A stretch of 64,000 nt of DNA from assembly GCA_964016885.1 (NCBI GenBank), contig OZ024740.1, forward strand, positions 146,072,001-146,136,000, written 5' to 3'. The position numbers and the translations under genes are program-made. The notes beneath the pieces were generated by a model, which did not search any database, was not told the DNA's origin, and worked only from the letters and a program-made list of their open reading frames with translations. This document shows, one piece after another, positions 60,128 through 64,000 of this stretch. The number at the start of each line of letters is the position of its first letter. The first letter of the stretch is position 1. This stretch comes from Eledone cirrhosa. Taxonomy: Eukaryota.

Positions 60128-62656
60128 ATGCCGAGGTCGCAGTGAGATGGCAGTTCGGGGAAGGAAAATAAGGCTTTCTGCCATCATAGTTGACAATGTG
60201 GTGGATGGGATCGGCGTGGTTATGGGCATGGACGCAATTGGCCGTCTAGGAGGCGTCACAGTGAACGATGTTGGTGTGTCGTTTGGCGGCGCTGCATCGG
60301 TATGCGGTGTGAGTACGCGACAGGAGAACCAGAAGGCCCACGAGGAGAAATACCCTGCTTATACTGTGCAGGACAAAGACTTCAAGGCCGTGTTCGATGG
60401 GCAGCGATGGATTGTTGGAAGGAAGAACCACCAACACTGAAGACCAAAGTGGGCTGCTATCAACACACATTGAAGGGAAACATTAGGAGCGAGTTCTAGC
60501 GAGAGGTAGTGAGATGGATTGAGGAGGGCATACTGCTTCCCTGGAAAGAGGAGGTGAAGTGCGGAGTATTGCCATTAATGGCGGTGGCGCAACCCACGAA
60601 GAACAAGGTGAGGCTGGTACTGGACTTTCGGGAGCTGAACGAGCACTTGTCATGCCACACGGGTGGCGAGGTCACGGATGTCTGTGGGGAAACCCTGCGT
60701 GAGTGGAGATGCATGACGGGAGGTTCCGCAATCGTAGATCTAAAGTCGGCATACTTGCAATTGCATATAGATGAGAAGCTCTGGCGGTATCAGCTGGTCA
60801 GGTATAAGGGCCGGACATATTGCCTGACCAGGCTCGGTTTCAGCCTGAGCTCCGCACCGAAGATCATGGCGGCGGTCCTCAAGACCATTCTGGGAAAGGC
60901 TGACAAGATGAAGAGGGCCACTAATTCCTACATTGACGACATCCTAGTGGACGAGTCTGTAGTGTCGGCGGCGGAGATCACGAGCCATTTACAGGGGTAT
61001 GGACTGGCTGCGAAACCGTCAGAAGCGTTGGAGGGAGGAGCCGCGCTGGGACTTAGGCTACGGCGAGACAGGACGGGCGTCTTGGTATTCCAGAGAGGAA
61101 ATGAAGTTCCAGAACTGGGCCCAAGTATGAGTAGGCGGGAGCTTTTCTCGGTGTGTGGAAAGTTGGTGGGTCACTACCCGATTGCTGGGTGGCTCCGGAC
61201 GGCATGCAGCTATGTCAAGAGACGAGCGGGAGGGGTGACTTGGAGTGACAGAGTGGGAGAGAGGACGGTGGCCATGATGCAGGAGATCATGGAGAGGGTG
61301 AAGGCCGACGACCCAGTGCGGGGACGCTGGTATGTTCCCAAATCGCAGAGTGAGACCGTATGGTGCGATCCCAGCAGCATAGCGCTGGGTGTCACGTTGG
61401 AGATAAGAGGTGTTGAGGTCAAGGATGCAGCCTGGCTTAGGAAGAAGGACGACTGCAACCACATCAATGTGGCCGAACTGGACGCGGTGTTGAGAGGGGT
61501 GAACCTCGCCCTGAGGTGGGGACTGCGCACCATCGAGATTCGCACCGACTCGGCTACTGTACTCAGATGGATGAGATTAGTGCTCACCAGTGAGAAGAGA
61601 GTGCGAACGAGAGGGGCGGCGGAGATGCTGATAAAGCGCCGCCTGGGAACTTTAGGAGAGCTGGCCACCGAGTTCGACCTGAGGCTGAGCGTAGTTTTCG
61701 TGCCCTCAGAGAAAAATAGGGTGGACGTCTTAATCAGGGTGAAGAAAGCCTGGATGGAAGCGCTGGAGGAGGTAGAAGAGGAGATAGCTGCCGTGTGTCG
61801 GCTGACCGAGTCGGAACTGAAAGGATTGCATGATATGCACCACATGGGAGTGGATAGGACTCTGTTCCTAGCCAGGAGAATCGACTCAGACGTTAACAGA
61901 CACAGTGTTCAAACGGTGGTTAGAGGCTGCGTCCGATGTCCGTTCATTGATGCCGCCCCGGGTGTGCACGAAACGGGAAGCCTCCCGGTGGATCGCGACT
62001 GGAAGCGATTGGCGGTGGATGTAACGCACTACCGACAGGGAACGTACCTCTCGATGGTCGACTGTGGACCAGGACGGATGGCGATATGAAGGGAGATGAA
62101 GACTGGAACGGCCGAGGAAATCATGCGGACGTTGAGAGAGGTGTTCTTGGAGCGGGGCCCTGTGGACGAACTGCTGATGGACAACAGCGCAGCGTTCCTC
62201 TCGGAGGTGCTGAGGGAGATGCTCGATGGATGGAAGGTTCTGTTCTGGTACAACATGTCCCCTCGGGTGGGACAGGTTGAGGAATCGGTGCCACACAGAG
62301 CAGTATTCAGATACGAGTGGCGGCACCCGTGCACACCACCACAACGGCCAGTGGGGAGAGAGAATGCATTCGTGCAGGTGGGCAAAGAAGTTTGGGTTAA
62401 GCCCCCAGATGCACGTTGCACATCTGAATGGGGAAGGGGAACGGTGACAGCCGTAAATTCCCAGAACAATGTGTCTGTGGATGGAGTACCATGTCATGTC
62501 CTGGATGTCCGTAGAATCACTGTGTCAACGGACTCCGAGGAAGAGGAAACCCAAAGTGCCGCCCCAACACTGCAGAGATCGCAAAGAAGTCGCAAACCAC
62601 CAACCTGGACAGCAGACTTTCATATGCAGAAGGACGAGGGGGAAATTGATTCTTGA
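59982..62656 (+). pseudogene. pol (PR-RT-RH-INT), disrupted
   Basis: ALVDMG, DLKSAY, YIDD, WCDPS..HINVAEL..RTDS, HHCC zinc finger, AVDVT and MDN; stops at 60497 and 62087. Confidence 0.88.
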
Positions 62657-62670
62657 GATCAGGGGGGGCG

Positions 62671-62939
62671 TGTGGGTATGGTGTGGTGTGCGGTGGCCGG
62701 AAGCTGGGGAGTGCTCGACCGGAAGAGTGCTTGACCAGAAGGGTGCTTGGCTGGAAGGGTGCTCGACCGGAAGGGCCAGCAGATCTGTCTCTCTCTAGTG
62801 GTGATCAGAAACGTGGTGGACGCGAGTTTGGCAGCTCCCAGGCATTAATGAGTTGGACGCACGTGGAAGGGGAGAAACCAGCCATGGGATTTAGCGGCGC
62901 CTATGAAAAGCGGTAAGTGAGATAGCTTTTGTAACCACA
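62671..62939 (+). repeat. 3' LTR (269 bp)
   Basis: Preceded by a PPT and followed by the TSD. Confidence 0.95.
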
Positions 62940-64000
62940 AGTTTTATCACAAAACACTCATCAAATGACCAAACATAGCACGAGGTCACCCTTGACTATA
63001 AATGGCAAAGCAGACAAAGGCCACACTATTAGTTCTCACTCAACCACAATGGACTGCTATCTTTCCCTGTTCATTTGACTAGTGAGGTAGAATTATTTGC
63101 CTCCAATTTCTTTGCTCACATGATTAGCCTATCTTTCTCTTTTTCTTGACACATGCCATCACAATGCACACCGTTCAATTGACACACTGCATCATACACA
63201 CAAATCTTATATAGTTCACAATTTTTATTTCATTAATTTGTCATGATTATTCTTTTCTTACTCTTGTGATTTATATGAATTATCCAAAGATTTTAACATT
63301 GTTTCAAATCCAGTATTTGACAATATAACTCTGTCATAGGCAAACAGATGCCTTCATTTTCTCTGTCAGCCTTTTCATCACATAAATAACAGGTATGGAA
63401 TGAAATTTTCCAATGTGCTATCAATGTACTCATGGGTATAATTTAATTTAGCCAGACTTCATAACCAAACTTCAACCAGATCCCCACAGCAACAAATTAA
63501 ATCTCTTAAACATCCAATCATACATTCTTTTCATAATTCCATTCCATACCTGCTAAAAATGTTTATGTTTGGCACCATACAACTGCTCTAGAATAGTTAT
63601 TGGTGCTTCTTTTCTGGTAGCATTCTTTCTAATCTAAAAGCCTCATCTGATTTATCTATGACTTAATCTTCTTATTTCATCTACTTTAATTTTTTTCTGA
63701 AAGGGCTGACTTAATTTATTTATTTATTTTTTCGTGTATCAATCTTCAGTCATTATCTTCATCTGTTTCCCTTAACTAGCAGTAGCAGACTGGTTCTTAA
63801 AACCAAGCTAGGAATCTACCATTTAGGTTGGCTAATTATTCATTAATATATTGCTTATCTGCAAAAACAGAGAACATGTTTGAAAAAACACAAAAATGAA
63901 ACAGTAAACCCCCCACCCCCGACAAAAAAAATCTATAAAAAAGCAGTAAACAAAAAAAACCACGCAAACACAAAAAGACAGTAAAAAAAAATCCTTAAAA

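Larger units (their letters stand above)
58829..62939 (+). mobile_element. Complete Gypsy-type LTR retrotransposon (4.1 kb), coding-defective
   Basis: TG..CA LTRs, 5-bp TSD AGTTT (58824-28 and 62940-44), PPT at 62661-70, gag with two CCHC knuckles, then PR, RT (YIDD), RH and INT. Confidence 0.96.

Overview
AT-rich, repeat-dense animal genomic DNA. The SINE/LINE repertoire suggests a cephalopod, probably Octopus (inference, not verified). One complete host gene is present: a 5-exon METTL15 (RsmH/MraW-family mitochondrial 12S rRNA m4C methyltransferase, 382 aa) on the minus strand at 29049-54699. A candidate terminal exon of a convergent gene lies at 3144-3280. The rest is mobile DNA: several RTE LINE families, two Gypsy-type LTR retrotransposons (one complete, with LTRs and TSD), a DD37D (maT) mariner-like transposon, a Tx1/L1 fragment, nine copies of a TTAA MITE, CORE- and Meta-type SINEs, Helitron-like ends and Penelope-like remnants. 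Main observations: (1) minimal hammerhead ribozymes with palindromic stem III, including two outward-facing inverted pairs in the first 2 kb and a near-intact one in METTL15 intron 2; (2) an RTE family with a C4HC3 PHD-type finger inserted inside its RT domain; (3) a twin-priming-type inversion in an RTE; (4) inverted, highly similar 2.4-kb LINE copies bracketing METTL15 exon 2; (5) G_GGA_AAC plus hairpin -1 frameshift signals in both Gypsy elements. Coordinates were read by eye, so ends of degenerate repeats are approximate.
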